Positions 49,801 to 62,474 of a DNA stretch of 64,000 bases are shown one piece after another. A program made the translations under genes and the position numbers. The stretch covers positions 7,006,001 to 7,070,000 of the forward strand of contig NC_042998.1 in NCBI RefSeq assembly GCF_006345805.1, given 5' to 3'. Below the pieces are notes generated by a model. It ran no database searches. It was not told the origin of the DNA and worked only from the letters and a program-made list of their open reading frames with translations. The stretch is from Octopus sinensis. Its lineage: Eukaryota. Positions within the stretch are counted from its first letter, which is position 1. Each line of letters begins with the position of its first letter.

Positions 49801-51419
49801 TTATATATATTTGTCTATGCATTCTCCACCTCTTCTTTCCCTCACCCCTTCTCTCTCTCTGTACATAATTTAATTCTTACATCTAAAATTTCAAATGAAA
49901 AAAATGGCTCTGAGATTAATATAGCAGAGTTTATTTATTTGAATAAACTCCATAAGCTTGGGAGTTTCTTGAGAGACATTTATTCAGGTTGTCTGGGAAA
50001 GAGTGCTAGATAACATTGTTAAATCTGAGAAATCCTCTCAGTAGGTTCAGATGATGAGCTTCAGTACCTTCTCTTGGTGTTGGTGGAAATCAAAAGAAGC
50101 TGACTAATGTTTATTTTCAAAGGAAGGACACTCTCACTGGACCCCAATGGCATCTAGCCTATTTGTAATTAAAAATGGTTCAACAAAAATTCTGTCCAGT
50201 ATTTGCATTTTTCCTGTTATTCTTTCTGTTCAGTGACTGTATTTATGGGTTAGAATATAAAATTTCTCTGATAGACACAGCACACATCTTTTTGCTTCAG
50301 TGTTGCTAAGACATTCATTATTTTGTATACTCCACACTATCATAACATTTTTGACTCTGCTGTCATTCAGTTTCTAGACATGCTACCATAAATAGGTTAT
50401 GCATTCCATTTCTGAATATAAAAAATATAGGTGTGATGGTTATAGCTACTCTTAAGTGTTTGCTTTGTGAGTATAGTTCTTTCTGGATACTGTCGTTTAT
50501 TTTATGGTGTTATAATAACTTTGGATATTACTGCCTGAGAATGTATGTCTGATTCAGTAAACAATTCTGTGTAGGTCTGAAGTTACAAATTGGCTGTTGA
50601 AGCAAGAGCTTGGAAGATAAGGATTGGCTAGTTATGAGGTTTTAGTTGTGTTAAATGATATGAGGTGTTATTGCTCAAGCAGGAATTGAAAAGAATTGGA
50701 CATTATGCTATCCAAAATCTTATCTAACACTGACATTTAGGTTTTAGCTACCCTGTTTCTTTTTAACATGTTTACTATATAGTAGGTTAAAACTTGCAAT
50801 ATTCTTCTTTGTACGTGCTTTCTCTATCTCTATCTCTCTCTCTCTCTCGCTCTCTTTCACACACACACACAGATATATATATACATACATTATTTCGAAA
50901 TTTTGCCATAAAGGCTTAACACTGAGTAGCTTGCGGGCTGGACAAAAACATTGATGAGATGAATGACGAAAAAGGATGATATTGATGGGAGAAGACAAAC
51001 AACGCCCACCGATCTTTTGCTTCTCTAAAACATTATTCTTTTTTTTTTTTACATAGTAAAAACAATACGCGGTATTAAACCTCTTACTTTAGTTCTGTAG
51101 TTCATTCTCAATTGAGGCTCTGAGCCCCTTACAAACAATAAACTCAAAACACAAAACAAAACAACAGACCGAGGCATTAAACCTCCTACTTTAAAGTTGA
51201 TACACAATACAAGACACTAAGCCTCTGAATTTTTCTGCCCCACCGTCACCTGACCAGGTTCAATGCCACACTCAAGCACCTCGATGGTGTTAGGTGGGGA
51301 CTTTTCAGCAAAAATTGAAATGTCTCCTCAGGGAAGGATTTCATTAACTTAAACAAGTTTTTTTCCCACGCGACATATATATAAATATATATATATATAT
51401 GTGTGTATATATATATATA

Positions 51420-51647
51420 CCGGAGTAAACACATAAATGTGAAACAAGGTGGAAAAAAGAGTACTCAAATACCAGTGGTAGAGTAATATGCTTTATTTAA
51501 AGCAGCAGAAAATTCAACAAAACCTGTTACTCTGAGTCTCACGTTCCCGTTCGTTGGACAGTTTTTGCTAGAAAAAACTGTCCAATGAACGGGAATGTGA
51601 AACTCAGAGTAACAGATTTTATTGAATTTTCTGCTGCTTTAAATAAA

Positions 51648-51649
<2 letters not shown>
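51420..51649. mobile_element. Palindromic element (family F5) with G5A hammerhead folds at 51524-51561 (-) and 51578-51615 (+)
   Basis: Arms lie at 51490-51566 and 51572-51648 around spacer gctag, with a left extension and (TA)n flanks. The fold reads CTGT-CCAATGA-ACG-ggaa-TGT-GAA-ACTCaGAGT-A-ACAG. Confidence 0.75.
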
Positions 51650-51687
<38 letters not shown>

Positions 51688-52356
51688 GTTCAGCAAAAGA
51701 GACTGATAGAATAAGTACTAGGCTTACAAAGAATAAGTCCTGGGATTGATTAGCTCGACTAAAGACGGTGCTCCAGCATAGCCACAGTCACATGACTGAA
51801 ACAAGTATAAGAGTAAAAGAGTATACATGTTGTATGTACATGTGCACACATATATGTGTGTGCATGTCTGAGTGTATGTATGCATGTATACTACATATTT
51901 TCGGTACACACACACACACACACACATGTATATATCTATAATATGAATTGGACATGGGCGAGTGTGGTATTCTTTCTTGTCTTGAGGTTCACAGCCAAAC
52001 GGCTGGGTGGAATCGCGTGAAAAATGGCATACCTGTGGAGACAGGTGCATAGATTGGAATGCGGTTTGTATTTTTTTCTTAACCCCCATACTTACCAAGA
52101 AAATCGATTAAAACTTTTTCCAATGGAATCTCCCTCTTTCTACTGCCATTAAAACAACTAGTTGCTCAGAAGCTGTTTTCTCACGGGGTGGGGTCAGGAA
52201 ATGTTTATATAGCTGGAGGCTCCAATCGAAACAGGGGACCCGAAATGATAAGGTTGACAAACGCTGTTATAGATTATGCCGAACAGAAAACGATCACAGC
52301 CACATCATCCAAACAGACCAGGTGAAACCGGGATTAGCTGCTAGTATGTATATATT

Positions 52357-52750
52357 CCTTTACTCTTTTACTTGTTTCAGTCAGTTGACTGCGGCCATGC
52401 TGGAGCACCACCTTTAATCGAGCAAATCGATACCGGGACTTATTCTTTGTAAGCCCAGTACTTATTCTATCGGTCTCTTTTGCTGAACCGCTAAGTGAAG
52501 GGGACATAAACACACCAGCAATGCTAGGGGGACAAACACAGACACACAAACACACACACACATACATATATATATATACGTATATACGACAGGCTTCTTT
52601 CAGTTTCCGTCTACCAGATCCACTCACAAGGCATTGGTCGGCCCGGGGCTATAGCAGAAGACACTTGCCCAAGATGCCACGCGGTGGGACTGAACCTAGA
52701 ACCATGTGGTTGGTAAGCAAGCTACTTACCACACAGCCACTCCTGCGCCT
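52357..52750 (-). mobile_element. SINE-A full length
   Basis: Same diagnostics as the other SINE-A copies. Confidence 0.9.
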
Positions 52751-52776
52751 ATATATATGTATATATATATATATCA

Positions 52777-53068
52777 CGTGATCATGTGACTGACCAGACA
52801 ATCAGATGTTGTTACACATCGCTGGTCACAATGCGTTCGCATTGTTTTAGCCTTCGAATGATGCCACCCCGCTGGTTAAGCGAGCAGGCCAACAGAAGAA
52901 AGAGTGGGAGAAAGTTGTGGTGAAAGAGTACAGCAGGGATCACCACCCTCGTGGAGCTTTTAGGTGTTTTCGCTCAATAAACACACACAACGCCCGGTCT
53001 GGGAATTGAAACCGCGATCCTAGGACTGCAAGTCTACTGCCCTAACCACTGGGCCATTGCGCCTCCAC
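52777..53068 (-). mobile_element. SINE-C-related copy with a different 3' body
   Basis: Head tgtggaggcgcaatggcccagtggttaggg on the minus strand. Confidence 0.8.
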
Positions 53069-53082
53069 ACATATATATATAT

Positions 53083-53132
<50 letters not shown>

Positions 53133-53476
53133 CTGCTCATTTTCTCATGTCAGTAATTGATTGTACAAAGACGTGAGGAGCTGTGTTATAGTTAGTTTCT
53201 TCTGTCTACAAATCCTCCATACACTTCACACCTTCAATTCTGTACAGATTAAGTGATTCCTTAACTTGAAACACAGGTAAGGCTTAAGACGAAGAAGGAT
53301 ATCTAGCTGTAAAACATTGCCTCTTATGAAATATTCATTCAACTCAAACAAGCTTGGAGAAAAAGCCAGGCGTAAAATCAGCAAGTACACACACACACCC
53401 ACACACACACACTAGCTAATACCTATAGAAAGAATTGGGTTTATCTCTGTTTCTTTTCAGTAATATTTATCTCTCT

Positions 53477-53892
53477 CTTTTTACTCTTTTACTTGTTTCA
53501 GTCATTTTACTGTGGCCATGCTGGAGCACTGCCTTTAATCGAGCAACTCGAACCCGGGACTTGTTCTTTTGTAAGCCCAGTACTTATTCTATCGGTCTCT
53601 TTTGCCGAACCGCTAGGTAACGGGGACGTAAACACACCAGCATCGGTTGTCAAGCAATGCTAGGGGGACAAACATAGACACACAAACACACACACACATA
53701 CATATACATATATACATATATACATATACGACGGGCTTCTTTCAGTTTCCGTCTACCAAATCCACTCACAAGGCTTTGGTCGGCTCGAGGCTATAGTAGA
53801 AGACACTTGCCCAAGGTGCCACGCAGTGGGACTGAACCCGGAACCACGTGGTTGGTAAACAAGCTACTTACCACACAGCCACTCCTGTGCCT
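53477..53892 (-). mobile_element. SINE-A full length
   Basis: Same diagnostics as the other SINE-A copies. Confidence 0.9.
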
Positions 53893-54261
53893 CTGTGGCA
53901 AAATATTTTTGCTTCAACCTTTAATTTATTATTTTGTTGTTTCATTTAGTTTTGTTTGTTTCAGTTATATTATTTTTATGACTGCATTTATTGTTTTTCC
54001 TATCTATTTATCAATCTGATTCTTTATCTGCATAAATCTCTCTCTTTAAACATACGTGTTTGTTTATGTGTGTATATGTATCAAGGTTGCAGAGAATGTG
54101 GGTTCAAGTCACATGGTAGCCTTCAACTTTTCCCATCCAAGATTTTTTTCATTCAATATTTTCATGCTATAATTTATAGATTTTTCTACTTCAAGTTCCA
54201 TAATTAAGATCAGTATATTTTATGTCTCTCTAAGTTTCTAAATTCTTATGAGATAAATGAT

Positions 54262-54464
54262 ATGTGACCTCGTGTGTACCATTGGCGATTTTTTTTTCCT
54301 CTGTCTTCCCTTCTCTGAATCTTTCCTTCTCCTATGTTTCCGACGAAGAGCTCTGCTCGAAACGTTAAACCCTTCTTCTTTCCTGAGTGTCCAATAATGC
54401 TATATTTGTTCCACGTCCTCGCGTTGTTGTGTTTTTTTTGTGCTTTCTTGTTTGGATTAACTAT
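54262..54464 (+). mobile_element. ~205-bp solo PLE-type terminal repeat (family F2) with hammerhead at 54336-54370
   Basis: Contains GTTT-CCGACGA-A-GAGC-tct-GCTC-GAA-ACGT-T-AAAC followed by a T-rich tail. It is homologous to 2731-2935. Confidence 0.8.
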
Positions 54465-54467
54465 ATG

Positions 54468-55129
54468 TATCATCATCATCATCATCATCGTTTAGCGTCC
54501 GTTTTCCATGCTAGCATGGGTTGGACGGTTCCACTGGGATCTGTGAAGCCAGAAGGCCTCATCAGGCCCAGTCAAATCTGGCAGTGTTTCTACGGCTGGA
54601 TGCCCTTCCTAACGCCAACCACTCCGTGAGTGTAGTGGGTGCTTTTTACGTGCCACCCGCACTGGTGCCAGACAGAGCTGGCAAACGGCCACGAACGGAT
54701 GGTGCTTTTTATGTGCCACCGGCACGAGGGCCAGGCGAGGCTGGCAACGGATACGAAACGGGGCGGTGCTGGCAACGGTTGCGAAACGGAAAGTTCTCTT
54801 ACATGCCACCGGCACTGGTAACACATCTGCAATTTCCATTGATCGATTTCGATTCTGATCGTCACTTGCCTCAACGGGTCTTCACAAGCAGAGTTTTGAC
54901 ATGCCACCGGCACTGGTAGCACATCCGCAATTTCCATTGATCGATTTCGATTCTGATCCTCACTTGCCTCATCACGTCTTCACAAGTAGAGTTTTGTGTC
55001 CCAAGAAGGGAAGGTATGCATACGTAGGCTGGCTCCATCCCGTGTAGAAGGCCACGGGTTATGGACTCACTTGTCCTGCCGGGTCTTCTCGCGCACAGCA
55101 CACTTCCAGAGGTCTCGGTCTCTAGTCAT
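54468..55129 (-). mobile_element. RTE-type LINE 3' end: last codons, long 3' UTR with internal tandem repeats, (GAT)n tail
   Basis: Minus-strand 55129-55067 encodes MTRDRDLWKCAVREKTRQDK*. It is followed by repeated tgccggtggcacgtaaaa units and aacccatgctagcatgg..gacgctaaacgatgatgat. Confidence 0.8.
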
Positions 55130-55145
55130 ATATATATATATACAC

Positions 55146-55295
55146 ATGGCTGTATGGTAAGAAGCTTGCTTCCTAACCATATGGTTCTGGGTTCAGTCCC
55201 ACTGCATGGAGCCTTGAACATGTGCCTTCTACTATAACCTCGAGGCAACCAAATCTTTGTGAGTGAATTTGATAGACAGAATCTAAAGTAACTTG

Positions 55296-55349
<54 letters not shown>

Positions 55350-55537
55350 GTGCGTGTGTGTGTGTGTTTGTGTGTGTGTGTTGTGTTTGTCCCTCACCAC
55401 CACTTAACAACTGGTGTTGGTGTGTGAATATCTAAAAAAACGTACTGGGACCGATACATTTGACTAAAACAAATTGTTCAAGGCAGTGCCCCAGCATGGC
55501 CTCAGTCTAATGACTGAAACAGGTGAAAGATAAAAGA
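55146..55537 (+). mobile_element. SINE-A-like (diverged)
   Basis: tggctgtatggtaagaagcttgc..ggttcagtccc, an internal (TG)n and ccagcatggc..tgactgaaaca. Confidence 0.75.
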
Positions 55538-55947
55538 CATACATACATACACACACACACACATACATACATACATACATACATACATACATACATACAT
55601 ACATACATACATACATACATACAAATATACATACATACAAACATACATAAATACATACAAATATACATACATACAAACATACATACGTACAAACATACAC
55701 ACATACATACATACATACATACATACATACATACATACATACACACACATACATACACACATATACACACATACATACATACAAACATACACACATACAT
55801 ACATGCACACACATACATCCATACATACATACATACATACACACACGCACACATACATACATACATACATACATGCATACACACACACACATACACACAT
55901 ACACACATACATACATACATACAAACATACATACAGACAGACAGACA

Positions 55948-55985
<38 letters not shown>
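55538..55985. repeat. (TACA)n/(CA)n microsatellite
   Basis: Read directly. Confidence 0.95.
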
Positions 55986-55988
<3 letters not shown>

Positions 55989-56322
55989 CAGCTCACTGTC
56001 TCAAGGTCCCACTATAGCTAAGGCATACATCAGCATGAAAAGTCTAAGATTTCATTTCTGGAATACTTCCGACACTTCAATAGAATATGCACCTGTATAC
56101 TTATCAGAGAATACTGAATTGCTTCCACCTACACCACACCTTACCTGCACATTCAGCATTAAAGTAACTAACGTAACTGCCTTCTTTACCAGATTAATTA
56201 AGTAAATAGCTAGTGTGCACCTAGCAGATATTTCTAATGAGTCTGCAATTTCTTCATACTTCATTACTTTAATAGCCTTGCTTGATTTAGTTAACATCAA
56301 TACCTGTCTTCTCTGCTGGGTT

Positions 56323-56516
56323 CATTTGGTGTAATTTCTCACTTATACAACATTATTATAGCATTTGGTGTAATATTATCATAGCATTTGGTGTAATTTC
56401 TCACTTACTTATTGCCCTTATTCAACATTATTATAGCATTTGGTGTAATATCATCATAGCATTTGGTGTAATTTCTCACTTACTTATGGCCCTTATTCAA
56501 CATTATTATATATAGC
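56323..56516. repeat. Higher-order minisatellite: five CATTTGGTGTAAT cores with alternating long/short spacers
   Basis: The spacers themselves repeat (ttctcactt..caacattattatag and at(t/c)atcatag). Confidence 0.85.
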
Positions 56517-56970
56517 ACTTTCATAACTTTGTCCTCCCTCTGTTTGTGGTCCTGTTTATAAGTGTGATATCAGATAGCTGCTTGTTTCTTTGATGACATC
56601 TTAGTTCATAAATACACACACACACACACATGCTATCTTGCTATCTTGCTTTATGAATGCTTTTCATTACTCATGCACACAGTACTGAACAGAAGCAAAC
56701 CTTCTACTTTTGGCTTCTTCTGGCTAGTATACTTGATATCTTCCTTCCTGCTCAGCCTTTTCTATATTGCTTCTTGCTTCTAATTTGCATTCACTTGTTC
56801 TGTATAAACACTGTCCACACTACGCTTCCACCATGTAGACACATACAGACATGTATACCCATTACTGTATATGCACACATGTGCTTACATACATCACACT
56901 TCAAACACACATCACACACATGCACGTGCACTGCACACACACACACATATATATATACATATATATATAT

Positions 56971-57310
56971 ACAATTGCAGCATGGAAGGTGTTTGTAAGC
57001 CATTTAAGAAACACACAAAAGCCGTTCGATTCACTTCAACATTTAAGTTTAATTTGTCAAAACAATTTTCGTCGCTATAAGACCGTGACCTGTTCACTGA
57101 CAAAAATCCGTGCTGCATTTTTTTTGTCAGTGAACAGGTCGCGGTCTTAAAGTGCCGAAAATATTTTGACAGATTAAACTTAAATGTTGAAGTGAATCGA
57201 ACGGCTTTTGTGTGTTTCTTAAATGGCTTATAAACACCTTCCACGCTGCAATTGTTTTCGTTTCAGCACACACGATCTCAGATCAAATCACTTGCTATGC
57301 AGGTACATCT

Positions 57311-57311
<1 letters not shown>
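56971..57311. mobile_element. Second F3 palindromic element (inverted relative to 21909-22252); hammerhead folds at 57053-57104 (-) and 57123-57172 (+)
   Basis: It has the same arm sequence (caattgcagc..gttcactgacaaa) and extension (gttttcgtttcagcacacacgatctcagatc..gtacatctc), with (TA)n flanks. Confidence 0.9.
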
Positions 57312-57351
<40 letters not shown>

Positions 57352-58557
57352 GAGAGAGCGTGAGATACATAGATAGATGTGTACATGCATAATATATACA
57401 TGCAAAAACACACACACATGCAGAAACACACATCCATGCATGCATGTGCACACACAGACACATACACACACACACACAATGGGCTTCTTTCAGTTTCCGT
57501 GCACCAGATCTACTTACAAGTATTTGGTCAGTCCTGAGCTATTGTAGAAAAATAGGTTATACAGAAAGTACCGTGAAGACGAGTGTAACTTTTTTATTAA
57601 CTGACCAAGGAGGTCATTCATATTAAACATGTTGATAGAGTAACTCTCCCTCTTCACAGAGATAATCAACATAATTTTCATCAACAGTAATGCATACGTA
57701 CCATCATTGAATCTCTCTCTGGAATCTTCTTTGAACATATTCAGGTGTGCACCGTTGTACCCGTTTCTTTACAGTCACTTTCACCTCATCTGTGTGATTG
57801 AATCCTAGTCTCCAATGACAGTACTTCATGGGGCCAAATCTGTAGATGACTGTTGTCCCTTACCCTGTTTCATTGCTGATCAAGCTGGAATGCTTGCTTG
57901 TCCACTTTGCTCCTCTGGCTGCCAAGTAAAGAGCTGGGCATAATATGGCTAATGATGCACAGACATGTGCTGATGCTGTAACATCTCCAGTGTTTCTTTA
58001 ATGGTGAGTAGGTGTGGTGGCCATTTACCAGACAGGATTTTCTGCAGCTGTGATGAAAGAGGTAGTGTGGTGGGTGAGGTTGAAAGGACTGACGACAGAC
58101 ACCCTCCTCTTTGACCAAGGCCTCATCAACATTTTCAAGTTCCACTTGAAAAGGAAAGTGAGGGTGTAGAGGGAAGTGCTGGCCCACGGAATGTGGTGAG
58201 AATGGCCCCTGTGAATGGACCTACTCTGAACATGCACTTGTAGGCCAGGGGGAGTGAAGAGGTGAGGGGTGCCCATTGAGGTGCCCTTAGCATTTCAGGT
58301 GTCCAGTATGAGAGGAGTTCCCTGGGTGCACTTGGGTGGAGTTTCCCCACTTTTGGGGTATTTATTGTTAATTGTTGTTATTTTTCACTCTTTACATGTA
58401 CTATATCTAAGTCCCCACTGTCTTTGTATTGTATTGTCCTTTACTTTTGTGTACAGGCCTTGTGACCAATAAAAAAAGGAATTATTATTCTTGTTGTTGA
58501 TGTTTTGATCGTCATTATCACTACCACCATCATCATCATTATCATTATCTGTGTTAT

Positions 58558-58777
58558 TAAGGCAGTGAGCTGGTAGAATCATTAGCACACTGGATCAAAC
58601 ATGAAGCAGCATTGTATCCATCTTTAAGTTCTGAGTTCAAATTCCACCTTGGTCAACTTTGCCTTTCATCCTTTCTGAGTCGATAAATTAAGTACCAATG
58701 AAATATTGGGGTAATTGTAATCAATTAGTCCTCTCCCACCAAAATTTCAGGCCTTGAGCCTTTAGCAGAAAGAATTA
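58558..58777 (+). mobile_element. SINE-B (short-tail type)
   Basis: Same head, ending ccaaaatttcaggccttgagcc..agaaagaattatt. Confidence 0.8.
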
Positions 58778-59212
58778 TTTTCATTATTGTTTTTTATTAT
58801 AAAATAAAATTGCATGTCGGATGTTTAAGATAAGATAGAGTAAAAATAAATTCAAAATTAGGATGAAAGAATATTTTCAGGTTTTATTACATTATTGTAT
58901 TAAGGACATTTACTCAATATATATTTAACCATCCAATGTAAAAACTTCATACCAAATTAAGTACTTTATAAATAGTTAGCTGAAGAATGTTACATCTGAG
59001 AATGGATTTGATTTAGTAAATTCATTTATAAAGCATGTGGGTATGAAGACATCAAAATGGATAAATGTGGATGAGCTTGATGTTAGGATAATGCATTGCA
59101 TTTATATTTCAGATCAAGAGGTTTTTAAAAGTCATCAATTAACAACCAAATACGTTGAGTGTTAAATTAATAGTTGACAGTTCAAAGTTTCACTCAGTGA
59201 TAAAACTGATTT

Positions 59213-59222
59213 ACATACATAT

Positions 59223-59260
<38 letters not shown>

Positions 59261-59389
59261 ACATACATACATACATACATACATACATACATACATACAG
59301 ATACATACATACATACATACATACATACATACATACATACATACATACATACATACATACATACATACATACATACCATACATACATAC

Positions 59390-59424
<35 letters not shown>

Positions 59425-59487
59425 ACATACATACATACATACATACATACATACATACATACATACATACATACATACATACATACA

Positions 59488-59553
<66 letters not shown>

Positions 59554-59629
59554 CATGCATACATACAGATACATACATACATACATACATACATAAATAC
59601 ATACATACATACATACATACATACATACA

Positions 59630-59663
<34 letters not shown>

Positions 59664-59691
59664 CATACATACATACAGATACATACATACA

Positions 59692-59725
<34 letters not shown>

Positions 59726-59830
59726 CATACATACATACACATACATACATACATACATACATACATACATACATACATACATACATACATACATACATAC
59801 ATACATACATACATACAGATACATACCTGC
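59213..59830. repeat. ~620-bp (TACA)n microsatellite
   Basis: Read directly. Confidence 0.95.
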
Positions 59831-60122
59831 ATATGCATCCTTTTAAGATAATAAAATGATGTATTGCATTAAATATTGGGTAAATGAAATAAAATAATGT
59901 GAAGTATAGGATAAGATCGTAGAAATTAGAAATTAAAAGAATCAACTGGGTGTACATCATATATACATTATATTGATAGTGGAGTATCTAATTAATCATG
60001 TATATATATATATTTGTGTGTGTGTATATGTGTGTGTGCATGTGTGTATTTGATGTATATTTATATAGGCATATTATATTTACTATATATATATATATAC
60101 ATATATATATATTAGATTTCAT

Positions 60123-60175
<53 letters not shown>

Positions 60176-60379
60176 CATATGTATCTCTCTCTCTATATAT
60201 ATATTACACTTGATAAGTGTGACTCTGTGTGTGTGTTTGTTTGTATGTATGTATATAACCTTGGATGTATATATTATATAGGTAAATAATCAAATATTCA
60301 GAAACTTTAAATGAAAGATTTCTGAAAAAATTCCGTAAGCTTTCTCAGGAGTTTAACTTACAGGTATTGAGTGAATCAA

Positions 60380-60505
60380 ATCATCATCATCATCATCATC
60401 ATCATCACCATCATCATCATCGTTTAACGTCTGCTTTCCATGCTAGCATGGATTGGACGATTTGACTGAGGACCAGTGAACCAGATGGCTGCCACCAGGC
60501 TCCGA
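60380..60505 (-). mobile_element. Short RTE-tail fragment
   Basis: (CAT)n-cgtttaacgtctgctttccatgctagcatgg. Confidence 0.75.
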
Positions 60506-60751
60506 TCTTAAAATAATCAAGTATCTCTGTATTACTTTCACTTCAGCCAAAACAATTCGCTGTTTTAAATTTCAGAAAACCCATGGAGTTATTCCATTAT
60601 GTTTTAACTTGCTCAAAAATACCTTAAACAAATTCATTACAAATATATCCTTACATATCTCTATCCCCTCCATTATTGAAAATGTGTTTTGTGATGCTTT
60701 TCCAGTATTACAAAAGATACTTCACAACATAATAAGATCAATGAATAGTTT

Positions 60752-61057
60752 GAGTGGCTGTGTGGTAAGTAGCTTGCTTACGAACTACATGGTTCCGGGT
60801 TCAGTCCCACTGTATGGCACCTTGGGCAAGTGTCTTCTACTATAGCCTCGGGCCGACCAAAGCCTTGTGAGTGGATTTGGTAGACAGAAACTGAAAGCAG
60901 CCCGTCGTATATATGTATATAATCAGCCGAAATTGCAAGGATGATCCGGTTCTTGACTGAAGATTAAAGGCTTCGAATGACCCATCCGTTTTTTGCGCTG
61001 TCTATTTGAGTGTTTTGCATTCTTGTCCCATTTTGTATTTTTATATATATTTTTTAT

Positions 61058-61115
<58 letters not shown>

Positions 61116-61337
61116 GTATGTGTAAATGTTTGTGTGTCTGTGTTTGTCCCCACAACATCGCTTGACAACCAATGGTGGTGTGTTTACATCCCTGTAACTT
61201 AGCGATTCGGCAAAAAAGACTAATAGAATATGTACTAGGCTTACAAAGAATAAGTCCTGGGGTCAATGTGCTCGACGAAAGGCGGTGCTCCAGCATGGCC
61301 ACAGTCAAATGACTGAAACAAGCAAAAGAGTAAAAGA
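60752..61337 (+). mobile_element. SINE-A split by the F6 insertion
   Basis: Head 60752-60919 and tail ~61100-61337. Confidence 0.8.
60920..61045 (+). mobile_element. Single-arm F6 copy inserted in the internal microsatellite of a SINE
   Basis: taatcagccgaaattgcaaggatgatccggttcttgactgaagatt.. matches 36821-36950. Confidence 0.75.
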
Positions 61338-62038
61338 TATATAAGATCCAATGCAATTGCATTGTAAAATATAAAACTATAAGTTGGATTATATATTGGT
61401 TTAGCCTCCTCCCTTTCAACCAACAGGTTTCAGGCTCTATGGTGAAGATTTTTTTTAACTGTCATTAAATTGCTGACCATGTGTATTTTAAAATTTTTAA
61501 TAGTAACTCCATGAACGTAACTTATTCAACCATTCCAAATTCAGAATAATCTTTGTCTCGTAATAGCTGATTCAATCTATACAATTCTTGTATTATCTGG
61601 TAGCCTCCAGCTTGTAATTGTACATACACAAATCAAAATGTTCATTTACTAAGAAAGATATCATTTACTGAGCCAGTGTCAAAACAAATCTTACGTCAAA
61701 ATCATAAACCAAATTGTTCTAAAACTTGCTTTTCTCAGCATCTTTATTCATTTCAGAACTAACTTAAAATCGGTGACACAGGTTGATAAAATTTCCTATG
61801 GAGTCTCAAAAACAATAATATAAACTTTGAAATGAAGTGGAAATGAATTTGCTTGACTCAAATTTTACAAGCAAGCTTTACAAAACTATATAAGCATTAT
61901 CTTGTATGATATGCACTTGAGAATCTTATGAAATATTGTTTTCAAACTGTTTTCTTCATAAGAAACAACTGAACTGATTTCTAGTTATTTGCACACATTT
62001 TTAATGCTAACTTTATAATCTTATATAAAAAAAAAATC

Positions 62039-62197
62039 AGTGGCTATGTGGTAAGTAGCTTGCTTACCAACCACATGGTTCTAGTTTCAATCCAATTGCA
62101 TTGCACCTTGAGCAAATGTCTTCTACTATAGCCTCGGGCCAACCAAAGCCTTGTGAGTGGATTTGGGGTAGACGGAAACTGAAAGAAGCCCGTCGTA

Positions 62198-62292
<95 letters not shown>

Positions 62293-62474
62293 ATATGTTT
62301 GTGTGTGTGTTTGTTCCCCTAACATCGCTTGACAACCGATGCTGGTGTGTTTATGTCTGCGTCACTTAGCGGTTCAGCAAAAGAGAACGATAGTATAAGT
62401 CCTGGGGTCAATTTTTGTATTCCAGCATGGCCACAATCAAATGACTGCAACGAGTAAAAGAGTAAAGAGTAAAA
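62039..62474 (+). mobile_element. SINE-A full length
   Basis: Same diagnostics as the other SINE-A copies. Confidence 0.85.

Noticed and set aside
50860-51360. Possible minus-strand coding exons (protein-like short frames)
   Set aside because: There is no consistent splice phase and no recognisable homology.
56323-56516. CRISPR array
   Set aside because: The spacers are repeated rather than unique, the repeat is only 13 bp, there are no cas genes and the context is eukaryotic.
59155-59960. 214-249-aa ORFs (HTYI/MYVC repeats), likewise at 55464-56017
   Set aside because: These are (TACA)n microsatellites that lack stops in some frames.
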